From: Glycera tridactyla
Taxonomy: Eukaryota
NCBI GenBank assembly: GCA_965644265.1
Contig: OZ286472.1
Location: 45,198,001 to 45,262,000 of the forward strand
Length of the DNA: 64,000 nt
Reading direction: 5' to 3'
Both the position numbers and the translations under genes were made by a program. The notes under the pieces were generated by a model that saw only the letters and a program-made list of their open reading frames with translations, was not told the DNA's origin and ran no database searches. Below, piece after piece: positions 34,771 through 50,100 of the stretch (position 1 is the stretch's first letter; each line of letters begins with the position of its first letter).

Positions 34771-37700
34771 CTATATGGGCAGCAAACACAGCATTATTCT
34801 CAGCGATTGACTGCATCTCCATCATCAAAACAACATCAACAACTACTTCAGATACTTTATGTGAAATTTGTGAGAAAGTATGAATCAGCATTCAATTGGA
34901 ATGACGGCGTGTGGTTATGTCATCAAATTGAAGTTTTTTTATTGTGTTGAAACAATTGGACCAGAGCTTCACATGTGAGTTGGGCCCAGGCCCATGGTCG
35001 ATACTTTTTGGGGTTTTATCATCCACTGAAAAGATATTGGTGCAAGCCCTATGCTAATATTGATCACATTCAATCAATGATGGCCCATGATGAAGAGTAT
35101 TGATCCATCATAGTTGCAGTTATAGAATGATGTGGGCCCGTGGGCGTCCGAGAGAATCTGTTGGAGCCTTGATTCCCGAAAAAGGAGTAGTATCATTTCT
35201 TCCCAAACCTCATCTTCTCAAGGTGCATCAACTGAGGATCATACACAGGACTAAACATATCACTCTTCTGCATGGAAGATTTATCAAATCAGTTGCCACA
35301 TTCAAAAGCATGAGTTCCTTGTCATACAGTGTTCCAAGGTTTTTTTCTGTACACTCAACTGCTGACTTTCCGGTAGGAAAATCATGTCATTACTTCTTTG
35401 TTGATCAGTGATCAGTCTTCACGGCTCAGATAAGGACATCGGGCCTAATTTGATGGATTCATCAGAAAGAAAAACAGTTGAATTCGTCTACCTGGACCTG
35501 ATCTGGAATTACTCCCCCCAGATCTGTCCTCAACCACAAGACTGGTCATGAAATTTAGGTCAGTGATTACAGGGCTTTTTTTTTATCTACGATGACTGTC
35601 TACGATGGCTATCATAGGACATATCTGATGATGTCGTGAATTCATCAGCATTAGGTTCTACATATCTGATCCAATCTCACAAACAGTGCATCTAACAGTA
35701 CATTGGAAATATACATCACCTGTATGACTAGTCTTGTATGTCTCGGTACATAATGAATGGCATGAAATGTTAGTCACATGATGCATATATGAGCTACTGG
35801 CTAGTAGACCAAGCTACATCTATACCAATGCATTCCGAACATGCAGGATGCTGACAGCGACTAAGACAGATACAATCTTTAGCATCCTCGGCTTATGTCC
35901 TATCGGCTTTAGTATTCTTGGCTCATGTCCCTGCTGCTCAACCACAAGTCACTGTATTTCCAGATGATCGCAGAATCAGACAGAGGTGACAACAGCTAGT
36001 GGCAAGTCAGGAAATAGTCGAATAATTTGGCTCATAATGATTGAGAGCCGGCATAATAAGATACTGAAACAATGGTCTATGAGCCTATTCCCTCAACTAT
36101 GTGGAATCGTCGGTGAACACTATGTTGGCACTACTTTTTCACTTATATCCATGAGTTTGTCACAGCGTGACGGAAGTTCGGTGAGTGGGTGCTCGGCCAC
36201 CTTAATGCCGATATTCGATATGTATATCTATATCAATATTGAATGAGATCAATTAATAAGGTTGTTGAGTGCTTCTGGCGAGCACATGGACTACGCACTA
36301 ATTCATAGCCCTTATTCATTCTTTGAGGTCTCTCGTGCGCGCTGATAAAGTTGAAAATCCAGAGTAATTGAAGGTGCCTCAGAATATATAGGGGTTATTA
36401 GTGGAGTGTTCCCACTGTTATTCGTTATTTCTGTTACGTGTGTTATGTTTCCCATGTTAGTATGCAGTTAGTGTGTACCACAACGAAATTTCCTAATATC
36501 CCAAGTGCCCATGCACGAATTCGGGCACATGTAAAGACAGGAAATGAAAACATCTTCAAATTCCCCATACTGAGTGGGGTGCGATGTGGGGTGAGGTTCA
36601 GCGCAGATTCCTAGTAGTTGAATTGATAAAAAAATTGTTTAATGTGCAATCTCTCTCCTCTTCAAATGGTATGGCATATTCAGCAACCAGAGAGAGGACT
36701 TTAGAATATCTTTTGAAGTTTTCCGATGATCACGTCAACAAAATACAATCATAACAAACACAAAAGATGAAAGAGAAATTAGAGTCACGTATTTGCTAGT
36801 AAGACATTCTATGACTGTTGAAAAAAATTGTATCCTGAAAGAACGTGATTATACAGTTAGTTAGTTGTCAGTACAATGCGGAAAGTAACTCCAAAAATAA
36901 AACAAGCAGGGGTGATCATATTTGTGGGAAATCGAATACAGGTGTATCAAACGTCTGTAAATAAGAAAATGGGTATATTAACAAGTTGGTGGATTGAGAA
37001 GCACAACGAGCGTGAACAAAAATCACAAATAAAGCCATAAAAATGTCCGATGTGGTAAATACTCCCTGGAGGGTAATAATTGAATGATAAATGAAAATTT
37101 TATCCGTTCATGATAGGGATGAATAGGGTGAGATCTACATGCGTCGCGCGCATCATGATGTCAGGTTGACATCAATATCTTCTTGCTTTATCACAACCTG
37201 GCGTATGATACGTATGAATATAGGACGCATCTCATAGTCCATCCCACGTTGATCTATCTAATCATGGTCATCAGTGAGTATGAATATCTTCGTTAATGTA
37301 TATCTAAATTGTCGCTACTATAGAAGTAATCTCGTGGAATATAGTCGAGTTCTCTAAACTAAGTCATCTATACTCCGGCGTTCGGTTATGGATTTGACAG
37401 ATATATCCCCTGAGACTGATATCTTCCCAATATTCACACTGATGCCGAACACCTCTTTTGAGTGGAAACACTTTCAGAATTCCTCATCCTATGGCAAGAT
37501 ACTGGACGTATTGTCAATTTGATATATACGACCGTAAACTACTACTTTCAAGATGAGCGGAATGGTGACTCTAACGCCAGTTTTTGTATGACCTTTCTCG
37601 TTCCTGATAATGGTTACCTCTGATTAAAATGCCCAGGTGAACATCACTGCCAATGTCAGAAACGCGCTGGTGTCCAGTTTACTACAGCCCTTGGAAGGGA

Positions 37701-38523
37701 AAATTGCATTTCCTATTGATTCTGCACGTTTTCCTGCAATCTGGACTAAATACAACTGCATGTGCCGCACTAGCCTAACCGAAACAATAAAAAAATACTA
37801 CTTATATTAAAAGGCCATTCGATTTCGTCCATGCTTCGCGAACACGAATGGGCATTGCTCTCGAAGAATCACTACCTGAGGTGGATGCAATACCAGACAA
37901 ATGAATGCAAAAAACTACGGAAAGGTTACGTAGGTTTGATATCACAATGATCATGCATGAATATACAAGCACACCGAAGTTACTGAATAATGTCGATAAA
38001 TGTCACTAATGGCACAGAATACCACGTTGCGTATCAAACAAGCACTGTCTAATGCGACATAAGACGACACACAAGAAGTTGAACCTCTGACACGAGGTCC
38101 ATGTTACATCACAATATGGAGGTTTTCCCAGACCTCCGAAGCAGGATTATGAGCATATTCCAGGTGGGTAGTGTGAGTAGTAGGAACAATTAAATGATAT
38201 AAATGCATTCAACCCACATCACATACACATATGATGATTAGAGTGGTATCCTTGATGAGCAAGCGCAATTCTGCAGATTCATAAAATGTCATGGTAAGAA
38301 GCCAATCTAGGAGTATCTGATAGATCACCCTTGAAAGGACGCACAAAAGCGAGGGTGTATTCGTTCGTGGAAGGCTGGCGTCAAAGAAATAGATAGATGA
38401 AATGGAGATATGAAGCGTAAGAGAAAGAGGGGGTTTAAAGAGGGATGTCATGTTATAGTCGGTCACTTTGTAGCAGAGTAGAAGCGGTAGAGGTCACAGC
38501 CAAAAGATATGTGATGAGTGTAC

Positions 38524-39207
38524 CCTGGCGGATCCGGGAGTAATCAACACCTTCGCCCATCGTCTCGATGCCTTCTTGGCCGGGCAAGACTCCGGTGCCT
38601 GCAGTTTGAAGGTTACCACGCGTCCGACCACCCCTCCTTGTGACAATCTCTTGAATGTGTGGGCCCTCACTTCCATAACCAGTCGTGCGTGTTGTTTCAG
38701 TCACCATTCGGCGAACATTCATACCCTCACCACCAGAGCCGAATGTTTCTGTCTCCTCGCCGGCACCGGGACCAGAATGCATTGTCCTTGTTACAGTTCT
38801 CTCTGAGACCAGTCCTCGATCTCCTCCGCCATCACCATAGCCAGCTGTACCATAGCCATCTCTCAAACCAGGACCATCTGCTCCATATCCGGTTTGTCTT
38901 GTAGTCACCCTCTGAGTGAATGAACTGCCACCCGCAGTTGTCATATCACCAGGTCCCCCACTCATGTACTGGTCAGGTCGTGCTTGATACACATTTGTGG
39001 TTTCTTCAGCTCGTACGAGGTCATCTCTTGGTTGGAACCCTGTACGTGTGGTTGTGGTAGTGGTGGTTGTCATTCTGTGAATACCAGTCGCATCTGGTCC
39101 TTCTTCCTGCCCAGGGGTGGTTGTTATTGACATGTCGCTATGGAAACCGCCATCACTGCTTGGGGACCTTCTGGCTGTCATTGTCTGTGTGACTGTTGTT
39201 GTCCCAT
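38524..39207 (-). CDS. Gly/Thr-rich symmetric exon
   Basis: atttcag|(D)GTTTVTQTMT...YSRIRQ|gtacac; 684 nt, phase 1-1; donor weak. Confidence 0.8.
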
Positions 39208-42200
39208 CTGAAATATGACAAGCACAACTTCCCTTTGTGAGAGTACTGTTTGTTCTGGAACCACTACTGGGTGATGTTTGACGTGCATGGGTATGTATGC
39301 GTGTGCTGCAGGGGTAGGTCACGACTTCATTCTTGACCGAGTGATTATGTTACAAGAAAGACCTGATTATGTCATGTTTTGTCCAGATGTATTATAGCAA
39401 CACATAGCGCATTTATGCAATATAAAATGAGGGGCCAATACGATCTTTGTCACCAGAAAGAGTATTATCTAGATAATATCATTCTTGGTTGTCTCATGCC
39501 TTGTGTTCTGGTATCGTTCCTGATTTTACTATGCAACACAGAACCAGCATTATTGTGAAACATTATAAGAGATCACTAATAGTGACATGTAACATGTATC
39601 ACGGTTACTTTCAAACATATGGCCTACCACATGATTTCAACCATTGCGGTCATGACGAACTGTCGGGATTGATCATTCTCGATAATTGAATGTCGAGATC
39701 GGCCCCATTGCATCAAATTCATCAACAGATGAGGCAGGAATAGGTAGTGAAAAGCAGAAAAATTGAACCCAATATATGACCAAATTTATGGTATCTACAG
39801 AGCAATCATTAAACCCTGAGCAGCAGCTCCTACATTCAGTGCGACTGAAAAAGTGATACAGTTGAAATAAGTATATGGGGGGCCACTTTGGAAATATCCA
39901 GATATTCAGATCTTATTCAATATACATGGTCAATTGAGAGTTCCTGATTTAGACATAGAGACCAGTGTACAACAAGACTGCAGATGCCATTTAAACGTTA
40001 TACACAACTCGTGCATCCCTCTGAATACAAACTTGTACATATTTGCATTATAAATACTGCTTCTCTCGTCAATCGAGAATGGAAAATACACATTTGCTCA
40101 GGAACTCGCCTGGGCTCCAATGTTTGGGCTGTTTTTCATGATATATTCCAAGTTAAGTTGTCTTTATTTGATATTTCAGTCGAAAATATGCACAAATATA
40201 CATACCCCCCCCCCCCCCCCCCCGCAACACGTGCTCACGGGTACCTAGGTATCTACGTCCATTCGAAAGCTTTTGCAACAAGGACTTATTAGTTCGAACT
40301 TTACCAAGTGAAATTTGCAATGGTATGGGTGTTCTATATTTCCATGCATGAACTAAAAAGCATTCTTGAATAAGAATAATATAAAAATTAATACCCCTAG
40401 GACTGTCAGTGTTATTGAAATAACCACCATGACCACCAGGATATCTTCCGTGCTGTGGTAAAAATCCTCTCCTATCATCCGGTTGGCCATCTGATAGAAA
40501 TCAATGAAACAAATATAAAGAGATACAAAAAATATACTATCACATCAGGATTCGTATTTTCTCTCTTCCAAATGATCTTCCATTTTATTTTGCTGGAAAC
40601 GCTATTCAGCTACACTTCTTCCAGTTATTCGATGTGGGAATGGTGCTGTTTTGATCATGTTTGGAGATTCCGGCTAATTTGGAAATATAAAGAAACCTGT
40701 CGAATCGAATTGACGCTCCGTTACGATCTAAGCTTCAGAAAGGGACATAGTATAAATTGATACCAAAAAAAGATTTGAGGTTTCTTATTTCGTGAAGTGG
40801 GCTGGCCTAGGTGACTTGAATTCAGATTTCCATATACTGGCGGATAAACACATTGAGATCTGGATTGGCTATTTGATATTTTCCACCATTGAAATCAGTA
40901 GTGACCGGATGGCACTGTTATTATTCGTTCGGTTGGCTGCAAAAAAGTCTGAACAATATGGTAGTCGGTGCCTATGTGAGTATGAGCGTTGTTATGCCAG
41001 ACCAGGATCGATCGAATTTATACCCTGATTCCCCGATGTTGATCTTTATTTAAATACTTGTCAGCTGCGGGATGTACACAAGTTCTCTTTGTAGAGGCCC
41101 AAAGCATGATGTCTTAGCACTGCGCCCTTTGGATGTTGATACACTGAGCAAGGACTGATGCATATCTACAGCAATAAATTGTTTCTTGTCATAAGGGAAA
41201 AATGTCTTGGTCATATGATGACTGACAGATTGAAGGCAATCGGATCGATGAAACCATGATCAAATTTCTTTGAAGTATCTTATGCAGCTTGTGCAGTGTC
41301 CTGACTGTCCACAATAGTAGAGATTGCAGCTGAGTACAAGGAGGTGATGCTTACCTTCCAAGGATGATACGGGACAAGTATATAGTCAGTTATGACAAGC
41401 AATGTGCATGAACAAGATGTACACAATACGGATCGATACGGATCGTGCGATTACATTTGTGATGAAGTGCAATTGGATTAAATTGTTCAGTAGTATATAC
41501 AAACAGATTCATATGTTCCTAAAATCATTTAGGAAGTGAGTACTCCCCTGTGCATGCCAGTGTCTCTCATTTAGTACGATTGTAGAATATCAAATCAATG
41601 CAATATTTCCGGGTATGGAGATACCATGCGAACTACTGCCTTAGCTGGTTCACTGGAACCTTCAGATAGGGAATGTGATTTCGCAAGGTCTCCACAGTGG
41701 AAGATACCAAATGAGTGAGAGCAATGCAGGGAAGGACCCATTATATACCATTGTATCTGGTATTTCCCACTCATGAAGTGATGGGAAAACGAGTAGGAAA
41801 GAGATAGAATATGCAGAATTCATGGCCTATATCAAGCAAGAGAATTGAAATTGATTCCTTGAAAAAAATGACCACCATGACTGACAATAATATGATGAGA
41901 AAACAAAACACACCGTCTGCAAAAAAAATATTCCAGATAGAATTAACGAACAAAATGTGATTCACCCGAATAATATGGGCATTCATTGAAAAAAAGATGA
42001 TGGTAAAACACTGTAATGAGAAAGGGCAAAGTGCAGCAGTTATTATGTGTGCCTGGTTTAGCTATTTTGATTGGATTAGTAGAAATACCCAAATAACGAC
42101 ATTCGACTGCTATTTTGTCCATTCTACGATGTTGCACAGTGGATTGACGAGATAGGAGAATGACAAAGAATAACAGATTGCACCTGTCAGATACATCATG

Positions 42201-42644
42201 AGTCTGATATTCCTTTTCTGATAACCAATATGATTTGTATAACATATGAGAATCGGTAAGTCTTCCTTCTCGCAGACTTTCATTTATCCTTCTTCATTTT
42301 GGGGCATTGGCGTATGTCAAAATGTGAAGGAAACAGAAATATTCAACTCATGCCCGCAATGCACTGTGCAAGATCGTGAATGACATCAACACTGTGCTTC
42401 TAGGTACAACTGGTGAACGACGTGTTATATGATAATATTGGAGTGCACCGTGAGACATTAAAAAACTATAACCTTCGTTAGTGGCCATTCCATTAAATTC
42501 TGGCTACACTCGAAATAAAATCAGGTAGCTTCAATTTCCATGTTTCTCTCGAAAAAAAACTGGGATCACTGAAGTCACCTATTTCAGTTCGAGATGCCAC
42601 GATTTCATTAAACTATGCCAAAGTGTAGACATCAGCGCTAGTAC

Positions 42645-42923
42645 CGATTATCTGACCATCAGAGCCGATGGTTGCAAAGTCTTCAGTCGACATTCCCTGA
42701 CTTCCCTGGGAGGCAAACGAGAATCCGTCAGTACTTCCACGCCCGCTTCCATCAAGCCCACCCTGATTAGGGCCTCCGTGACCCCTCCCGTCGGCACCCT
42801 CGCCGTTGATGAAACTCCCGTCGGCATTTCTGCCGCCATAAGCCAAGCTCCCGTCAGCATTCCTCTGGCCATCCTGACCGGCGCCATCAGCTCCAGGCCC
42901 AGAAGCACCGCCGCGTACGCCAC
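42645..42923 (-). CDS. Gly-rich symmetric exon with NADGS/GADG repeats
   Basis: caatgtag|(G)GVRGGASGPGADG...; phase-1 donor candidates end the exon at 42657 or 42645. Confidence 0.75.
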
Positions 42924-45900
42924 CTACATTGATTGGAGGAGCCAATATTTGGGATTTATTCATGGGGTTGGATAAATGACCGAAAACGTACCTTGCATCA
43001 CAAGTCCCTCGCTATATACAATGGATAAGTGATAATACGAATTCTGCTGTTGTCCTTGCTTCCGATGATTTTTTAGCTGCTGCTATGGATGGCTTCAGTA
43101 GTGATATTTGTGTTTGTTTGTTTGTTTGTTTGTTTAGGTGAGTTGCATGGTGGTTGTGATGGAGATTTAGGGAATTGTGCTGGGGACATCGCCTGCACGT
43201 TGGATGGGTTCTGATCATGATATGACACGAGGTGACTGCCGTAACAACATCGTCTTAACATCAGTTATGGATGTAGAAATGATAACGGCATTAGCGATGT
43301 CAGTGTTGTTGTTCGGGATGGTGATGATGATGGCGGTGGTGCTGGTGGTGAACTTTGTCTGGAGTCTATTCTATATCGGGCACTAACGAATGTGCAAGAA
43401 GAATCCCTTTGTCGTGATAATGACGGTCATAGATACAAATATAGCCGAAACAGAATTTGCTCATCCTCATGACTAAGTCGAACATACAATGTGATATAAA
43501 TCGCATGACGGGTAATAGTTTCAAAGAATGAGTAATTGTGGGATAGTGCGAACATCAAAAGATAGCATCCCGGATAGGTCAGAGAATTCGTACTCAATTT
43601 CATGTTTGATCTCTTGGCACTACGAGAATGGCCGGTTTAGATTTGCTATCAAAGTAATGTGGAACAGGCCAAATTTGAAGACAGGATTCCCTGGACCATC
43701 GCATACATGAAATTCGACATGTCACAGAACTGGGGTGGCATCAATTCCCAAATTAATCTACAGATCGAAGAATGTAATTCACAAAAATCATCGATCAGCC
43801 TCCAATTTCATTTCATGATGAGGAAAAAGGTGATCTGGAACAAGGTGAATTCTGAAGAAAAACAATAAATCAATAGCAAAAGGTATGTATTTGCACAGGA
43901 TACAGAGCATCAGTTGACTCTGTTACAAAGCAATCTGCTACAATGCAAAAAGATCATAGGGGATCACTATTCTCGATGCTGGGGAAAACATACGAAAATG
44001 GCTATTAGTATTTGTTGATAGATAGTATCAATGTCATGATAGTGTATCCCATTCCGTGTACTGTACCGAATCAGGGGGGTACTGGGACTCCTCAGATATT
44101 CTACAAGACCTATTATGCAGGGATGCAGTCGGCCACCCCCTCCCCAGTTCAGTACACTCATACCCTGGTGAAATAGGGATTTTCCGCGGACGGATTTGTA
44201 TCGATGGTGTCTTTTAATAATATTCTTTACTTGTTACAGGGAGATGTTCAACGTGAATGATCAACATCATTCTATTTTCAGGCACATATGTTGATTCAAT
44301 GTTCATCAAACGGCTTTCTGGAAAATATCAAGTGCTTCATACCTGGTATGGTGAAATTAGGATATCGTTCGGTGATATTCGAACTACATGCACAAAGCTT
44401 TAGGGACATAAGCATCATGGCTTTGAAATCTCACAGGATGGTGAACGTGTCATAGATCACGAGACGTCACTATAAATCATGCCATGAGAGTACTGCCAGC
44501 AAGCAAATACATTCTGGCAGACATCCATCCTACATCGTCATTATTTTCCAAGGCAAATCTGATGATGCAATGCCAAAAAAATGATTCTAAGATATGCTCG
44601 AAAGTTTTTGCACACCTAATTGCCTGGTCGAAAAGGCGATGCGACTGATCATGTCTCTTGACTTGTTATAGATTTTGAGTTCCCCTGCGCCATGATATAA
44701 TTACAATTTCTCCTCGGATAGGAGATCCACATTTGTGAACGATATACAATCCTCAGTTGCATGCTCTTCATTCGAAACAATGATTGAAATATCATACATA
44801 CATTACGCATCGACTATAGGGATCAGATATGATTGTTTGACTCCTGAATTTCTAACTTGCAATAGAAAAGAGTCCTGTGCAATCTGTCCTCCAGTAAAAA
44901 AATGTCATATCGCCAGATGGATATCATTTATAGTCCATATACCTTCTGTATCGATTCAAAGGCTGCATCTGACTCCTATGATCTGTGAACGAAATAACAT
45001 ACCAGTCCACGAGGAAGAAAGAAGCTCGAAATGGTCACGGATACATTTTGTATGTGAGTAATTACAGTGATATTCATGGTCATGATCGAGGCTTCACAGA
45101 AAATTGTGAATGCCCAAAGCAATGCCCGTGATCCAGGACGAAGTTCAGATTATCGCAATATCAGCCTAATAACATTCTTCTATGATTAAATCACCCTGAA
45201 CACGTCTATCAACGAACCATGGCACATCTGTAGCATCTTCTGATTATTCATTGTATCTCTAATCTACCCTGCCATGTCCATCATTCTTTATCACCATCTG
45301 TACATCCTACTAAACCTATCGGAGCTAGTTCTTTCACAATTCTTATCAGTCAACATACAGTCAACATATATCTTCGTCTAAGGTATATCAATAAGCCTAG
45401 TTGCTAGGATACGTGATATTAAATTGCACATGATAGAATCGGCCCTTTCTCTTCATAATAGGTCCTCACAAAACACGTGAGGTTGGAGCAGTAGAGCGCA
45501 AAACTTCATACCTCTCCATGATGAAAGCCCTCCCAAACTTTACTGTCACTCCTCAACAGTCATCGCTGTGTACCTTGATATCAGTGTGATCCCCAAACCA
45601 GTAATACAGATTTTTGTCACCAAGCATATCCAGTTTTTTTTTTCACTCTCACCTCTCCAGAGAGTACAGTTTTCCTGTATGCTGTATAGCCTGAACGCGG
45701 ACCTATCTGACAGTTTTGCCCCCCTTTCCTCAGTGCTGAGCTCAACACACATAAACAGGCATGTGTCACACATCGCCAGGGCTGGTTGATGGTGTAAGTA
45801 CCTGGTGGATTAAGCAGGCGCTATAACAAGTAACCACAAACAAGTCACAAAGATGTCTCCTAGGCATATACACGTGTGGGTGCAAGCACAAGAGTGAAAG

Positions 45901-47194
45901 GTTTTAAATTCAATTACTGAAAGTGGTGAGAACCTTATCGTAAGATAGATATACAAGCGGCAGCGGGGAAGATCAGTACTTTGCAGGCTCCGACAATTTT
46001 ACTTGACTGAAATGATATCCATCAGTCAATATATAGTTAGGTACAGGCTCCAGCATATGAGTTTTGACAGTGGCATCATGTTCCAATGAGCAGCCCCCAA
46101 TTAAGCAACAATTCTGCTGGCCTCATTGAGCTTAGCATGATTTGAGGTTCTCCGAATGTAGCTATATACAAAAGTTCATATTTTTGACACCACATCGGAA
46201 TCGACTGCAGATTGTACCTTCGATAACCAATGTTTGTATTGTATGATGTCTTATAATTTCCGATTAAAATTGTGTTCCATGGCTTTAACAAATTGCGTTG
46301 TTCTCGCATCCCATGAGATGAGTAAAAGTGGTGTAAGGTTATCGCATTCACCATGTCTGTGATCTGCACAGAGGCCCTCAATGTTAGGAGTGAATACAGA
46401 TGATTGGTCATACATGTGTGTTATTCATATAAAATCGTCAATTATTAACCAACAAGAAGCAGAAAATACGCGGATAATATATCTGCCACAAAGGCATTTC
46501 AAATGATCATTTGATCATCAGTGCTTTGGTACAAACGAATAGCGTGACCTTGATATGTCCTTGAGCTAGACACAAAATCTAGATGGTCTGTGCGACTATT
46601 CGTCGCTTATTCAGAAATACTTTTGTCACCAATGAAAGCCATGGTTAAACCAAAACCGAATTGGACGATATTTGGTAAAAGGACATCTTGAATGTAACTG
46701 ACAGTCATGTCTCTTTTTCTTCCTACAGTGATTTGACGGATGAACTACATCATACTTGGGATTACCAGCCATTGACGGAGATGCTGTATACTGTTCACCG
46801 AATTCGAATGTGAGCACATCCATGGGCTGCAATACTGACCATGCATCTTCATTTCCCTCCTTAAGCATATATGTGCACCGGGCATTCCAGCCTTGAGGAT
46901 TACAGTAACAAGTGAAATGTGGAGTGTACCAAAGATGCATGATACAGAGAAAGTATATGTAGCCATCATCTTTGGACTCATCTCCTTTCACATTCATTGC
47001 CAGATGCGAGCTTTCTGTCCGCCCTGGGTATCTACGAATTACTTTCTCAGAATGTGACTTTTCTGTCCCTGAACCTAAAATACTTCTTCGCTCACTATGT
47101 CCCTCCGACCCTCTAATGGAGACGTCCTTTGAATGTTGCCTGTTTGCAGTACCCACCGAAGCAGAAGCATGACCTTCATTCAACATATACTCAC

Positions 47195-50100
47195 CCCCAC
47201 CGATTGCGCCAGCAGAATCTGCTGGGGATTCGCTTGAAATCATTTCACCAGATGTGCCCTCCGGGTGAATTTCACTGTCTTTCCACTCTGAATATTCACT
47301 CCGACTTACTGAAGTGTGCGTTACTGTCATATTATCGTCTGAATATGGTTGTCTTAGCTTTACCAGTGCATCTGATGGATCGACCACCGCAATAGTTTTG
47401 CCGTCAGCTGCTAAATCTCCAGCTGCGAATTGAGCTTTCGTTGGGGATTTTGAACTGATACCTGTGATTAGGGAGCCAGGATCCATGACCGTGATGAGGC
47501 TAGGTTGTAATGAACCACCAGCGATAGTGGCATTAGGTGAGATATTGTCTGAACCGTGGTCGATTGGTTTCCCGAAAATAGGTGAATCGATGCGACAGGT
47601 GGAATCATCTAAACTCATATCCGACACATTTTCACTGATTGCGGTTTCAGGATGGCCACTGAATGAAAGTATGGTGCCGTTTGTTTCTTTGTCTTTCGAA
47701 GCAATTGAATGGGACTCATGTAACATGCCAGCTGGAGGGACTTGCTCCTTCGCCTTGCCAATGTCCATTGTGTCCTCTGTTGACAGAGCAGAGTGCTTGG
47801 TGTTTCCATCACCTTCACCTTCACTCGCAGATGGTAGGGAGAATGTAGAGTGGGGTAGTTCAGCAGTTACCGAAGTTTTCTTGTCATACGGATCTCTTTT
47901 TGAGACTGATTTGGATCTGCCATGTTCTAATACGTCTGCTACCTCATCGACTCCTGAAGCTGGATCCAGTCGTATCCCTTCTTCAACACTGGCAACCGTA
48001 GTTCGCATGGTGACATCAGGTATATCACTTACAACCGTATCTGTGGTCCTTTTAGCCATCAATCTGTTCGATGTTTCAGTGCCAACATAGTCAGTTTTTA
48101 GTTCATGTGGATATGTGATCTCAGTGCAGGTTACTGACGAGGTCTTCGAGGGCGTTTCGAACATATCATCTGAGAGGGACGGTATGGTTGAGATCTGTGT
48201 ATTAGGCCTCATTCTATGGAGTGGAGCGGTGTCTACTATCAAATTTTCTGATTCAAATGCTGCAGTTGCTTCTCTCTTTCCCATGATTGACTCGGGGTCA
48301 TTTTTAGTTTGAACTGACCCTCCTGGCCACGATACCTGTGGCTGTGCCGCTATACAAACTCCTGATTCTGAATCTAGTCCTTTATCAATTGGTGCCCCAG
48401 GAAGTGTATCCCTATCGGATACTGCCATAGTTTCTCCATGATCATCATGTGATGTTTCTCTGAGTTCCTCACTTTTGACAACCATCTCTACATTCATTTC
48501 CACATCATCTGTCGTCCCTATTTCTTCAACTGGCTGACTTGAAGTCCCTATTACACCTTTCTGTGTTACCCCTACCTCCGCCAATTCTCCGATGGGTTCT
48601 CCCTCAATAGATCTATCTTTAGATTCAAGTACTGTTATTACATCGATGACATCTGTCTCTATCATATCTTCTGGTATAACTTCCATCTTGACCGGCGTTT
48701 GCTTTGTCGTCGCATTCCTACCACACGTGGTTTGTGTTTTCTCTGCTGCTTCCGCAGTCACTACTGACTCATCTGCGGTAGGGGTTACAATGGCAGGTGA
48801 TGATGGCCTGATTTCAATAATTGCTGAGTCTGTTGATTGTTTTGAATCGAGGTCGGTCTCCATCGTCGTGTGTTTCACATGAGACATCACATGCTCCTCG
48901 CCTGGTGCAGTAGAAGTCCCTATTGATACGTCCTCTTCTTCAATGGACGATCCCTCTACAGCTGGGACTGATTCAACTTCGATCTTAGTGATTGTTTTGT
49001 CCATCATTGTTATCGATTCTGGTCTGGGCTCAGTCAGAGTTCGCTCAAATCCAGCAATCTCACCCTCGATCGGTGGCAGTAAAATCGATGAAGATGCATC
49101 TCCCGTTTCAGAGAGCATTTTCTCCATGTTTGGGGGTGAATTGACTCTGCTTGCAGTGACTACTGTCATTTGAACTGATTCAAATTGTGGATTGATTGTT
49201 GTTTGTCTATTGTCTGTATCAGGCATTTGAACTGGTTCTGGTATCGGTTTCAAGCTTGTTTTTCTTGTGTCTGAATTCTCATCAATAACTGGTGTGACTG
49301 GTGCATCTTTGATCTCATTTGACGACTTTTCCAAAGTCGGCATGGTTTCCACACCGATTTGGATATCTGTTAGGTCCTTCTCAACCAATGTTCGCCCTGA
49401 ACCAGGCTTCGTATCATCGACTGATGATACTGAAATTGAAGTTGATCCATCATTTCTATTTGGCACTTTCTCCATGATTGGTGTCGATTTAACTTTGATT
49501 TCAGTAACCACTGTGTCTGAGTCCAGCTGTTGTGGCACTTTTGTTTGTCTACCTACGGTATCCGACATCTGAACCGATTCCGGTTTTGATTCAATATCAG
49601 ATTTCACATGCATAACTGGTGGGACTGGAGCTGATAATGATATATTCTTGGTTGAATGAGGCAAATCCTGTACAGTCGGCGTATATTCCGCTTTACTTTC
49701 TGCATTTGCGATGTTCATTTCTGGTACTGCTTCCAGTTTTGCCTCTATTTGTTTCACATCAGACTTCCATCTCAGGGTTGATGGATTAGATGTTGCTTTC
49801 AATGGATCCTCTTTTTCATCGGTCATTTCCTCTGCAGCTGTCTCTGCTTCAACTATGGTTTCAGTAACTGTCATATCTCTCCTCTTTCTTGATTTTTCTT
49901 TGGGCTCAATCGATGATCGTTCAAGAGAATACCTGAGATCCAGCACTGGTGACACTGAAATTGCTGGTGATGTATTCTTAGTTTCATTGAATATTTCCTC
50001 TATACTTGGCACTAATTCATCATCGATTTCAGTGCTTGCTGCTTCGGTGATTTGTAATGATCCCTGCTCCTGCCCCCTCAGGGTTTGTCCATTTGTCACA

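Noticed and set aside
37100-37680. Protein-like minus-strand reading in an intron
   Set aside because: About one stop per 19 codons, consistent with non-coding DNA
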